A program made the translations under genes and the position numbers. A stretch of DNA of 64,000 bases from Minisyncoccota bacterium (lineage in GTDB: Bacteria > Patescibacteriota > Minisyncoccia > Phycocordibacterales > UBA9973). A model generated the notes under the pieces. It was not told the origin of the DNA, searched no databases, and was given only the letters and a program-made list of their open reading frames with translations. The stretch covers positions 1,094 through 65,093 of the forward strand of contig JBBABB010000001.1 of assembly GCA_041657885.1 (NCBI GenBank). Direction: 5' to 3'. Positions 63,284 to 64,000 of the stretch are shown here, one piece after another (position 1 is the first letter of the stretch; each line of letters opens with the position of its first letter).

Positions 63284-63319
63284 TCCCTCCCTCTGCCAAG
63301 GGGAGGGTTGGGGAGGGGT
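63284..63319. repeat. GC-rich element (CTCCCTCCCTC-TGCCAA-GGGGAGGG-TT-GGGGAGGGG), intergenic copy
   Basis: Near-identical 3' half to the element at 54802-54821. Confidence 0.6.
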
Positions 63320-63342
63320 GAAAATATGGTATAGTAATAAGC

Positions 63343-64000
63343 ATGTTTAGAAATAAAAATATTTATCTTGATTATGCAAGTGCTACGCCGATAGATAAAA
63401 GTGTGGCACGGAAAATGGCTCTTTATGAGTGTAATTTTTTTACTAATTCAAGTGCGATACACCAAGAAGGGGTTAAAGTAAGAAATGTTATAGAGGAATC
63501 AAGGAATAAAATTGCGAAGCTTATAAATGCTCATAATGATGAGATTATTTTTACAGGGAGTGGAACAGAAAGCATTGCCCTCGCTTTGCTCGGGCTAATT
63601 AAGAATTATGAATTAAGAATTAAGAATGAAAATTCCGAATTCGAATATAAAAAGCCACATATAATTACTACAAAAATAGAACATCCTGCAGTACTTGAAA
63701 ATTGTAAAATGCTCGAAGAGAGCGGGGAAGCTGAAGTCACTTATATTTCTGTTGATAAATCTGGAATTGTAAATCTCGAAGAATTAAAAGATTCTTTGAA
63801 AGAAAATACGGTTTTAGTTTCGGTAATGTATGCGAACAATGAAATTGGGACGGTCCAACCGATACAGGAGATTGCAAAAATAATTCGGCATTTTAAGAAG
63901 AATTACCTTACCCCAGCCCTCTCCAAAGGAGAGGGAGCTCCTTCCCCTTTGGGGAAGGCGGGGGATGGGGTTTTCCCTGTTTTCCACACAGATGCATGTC
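63343..64000 (+). CDS. Cysteine desulfurase (IscS/NifS-like), 5' part, with two in-frame low-complexity inserts
   Basis: IYLDYASATP, FTGSGTESI and ..HTDA motifs. Inserted segments are IKNYELRIKNENSEFEYKK and LTPALSKGEGAPSPLGKAGDG. Confidence 0.75.
   Translation, partial: MFRNKNIYLDYASATPIDKSVARKMALYECNFFTNSSAIHQEGVKVRNVIEESRNKIAKLINAHNDEIIFTGSGTESIALALLGLIKNYELRIKNENSEFEYKKPHIITTKIEHPAVLENCKMLEESGEAEVTYISVDKSGIVNLEELKDSLKENTVLVSVMYANNEIGTVQPIQEIAKIIRHFKKNYLTPALSKGEGAPSPLGKAGDGVFPVFHTDAC

Overview
AT-rich window from a small-genome bacterium whose gene content and protein sizes resemble Patescibacteria/CPR-type genomes (inference). Standard genetic code: RF2 is present and the long ORFs are uninterrupted. 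Positions ~1-9066 are an accessory/mobile island, and the rest is mostly core. The island holds a partial large serine recombinase (1-1067, minus), a divergent XRE-HTH gene translationally coupled to an OLD/PARIS-like ABC-ATPase-Toprim nuclease, and then a Type II R-M module (two beta-class amino-methyltransferases plus an HNH-type nuclease candidate). The R-M module lies with three small ORFs, two MITE-like structured elements with perfect terminal inverted repeats, and ~2 kb of GC-richer non-coding DNA. All of this is bracketed by ~233-bp, ~98 % identical inverted repeats (3264-3496 / 8829-9060); the right copy ends 6 bp from the stop of a cysK-like gene. The core region 9067-64000 carries translation, division and nucleotide-metabolism genes: prfB, ftsEX, pyrG, a LOG-family gene, tRNA-Gln, maf, a sigma-70 gene, a SufS-like desulfurase, htrA, a dTMP-synthesis cluster (dCMP deaminase, a kinase, folA, thyA, glyA, tmk, dut, Nudix, CYTH, NDT-like), argS, ileS, glyQS, metG, tatD, rpsF-ssb-rpsR, rluB, an MFS transporter, rnj, an OppA-like binding protein, secG, tRNA-Leu, tRNA-Cys, rbfA, infB and an iscS-like 5' fragment. 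Three recurring sequence families stand out. GC-rich CCCC/GGGG palindromic hairpin elements occur intergenically and as in-frame insertions in prfB, tatD, rluB and the iscS-like gene (RPE-like behaviour). A 36-bp REP-like palindrome (CTATACA..CTCTGCCATGGCAGAG..TGTATAG) occurs three times. Heptanucleotide tandem arrays (GAATTAA / GAATTAC / GTAGTAA) lie at gene junctions and in-frame in ileS and the iscS-like gene. Two other oddities are an IleRS carrying an embedded histidine-phosphatase (RHGE..N / THAG) domain, and a 578-aa cysteine-rich protein with duplicated terminal zinc ribbons inserted between argS and ileS and flanked by heptamer arrays.
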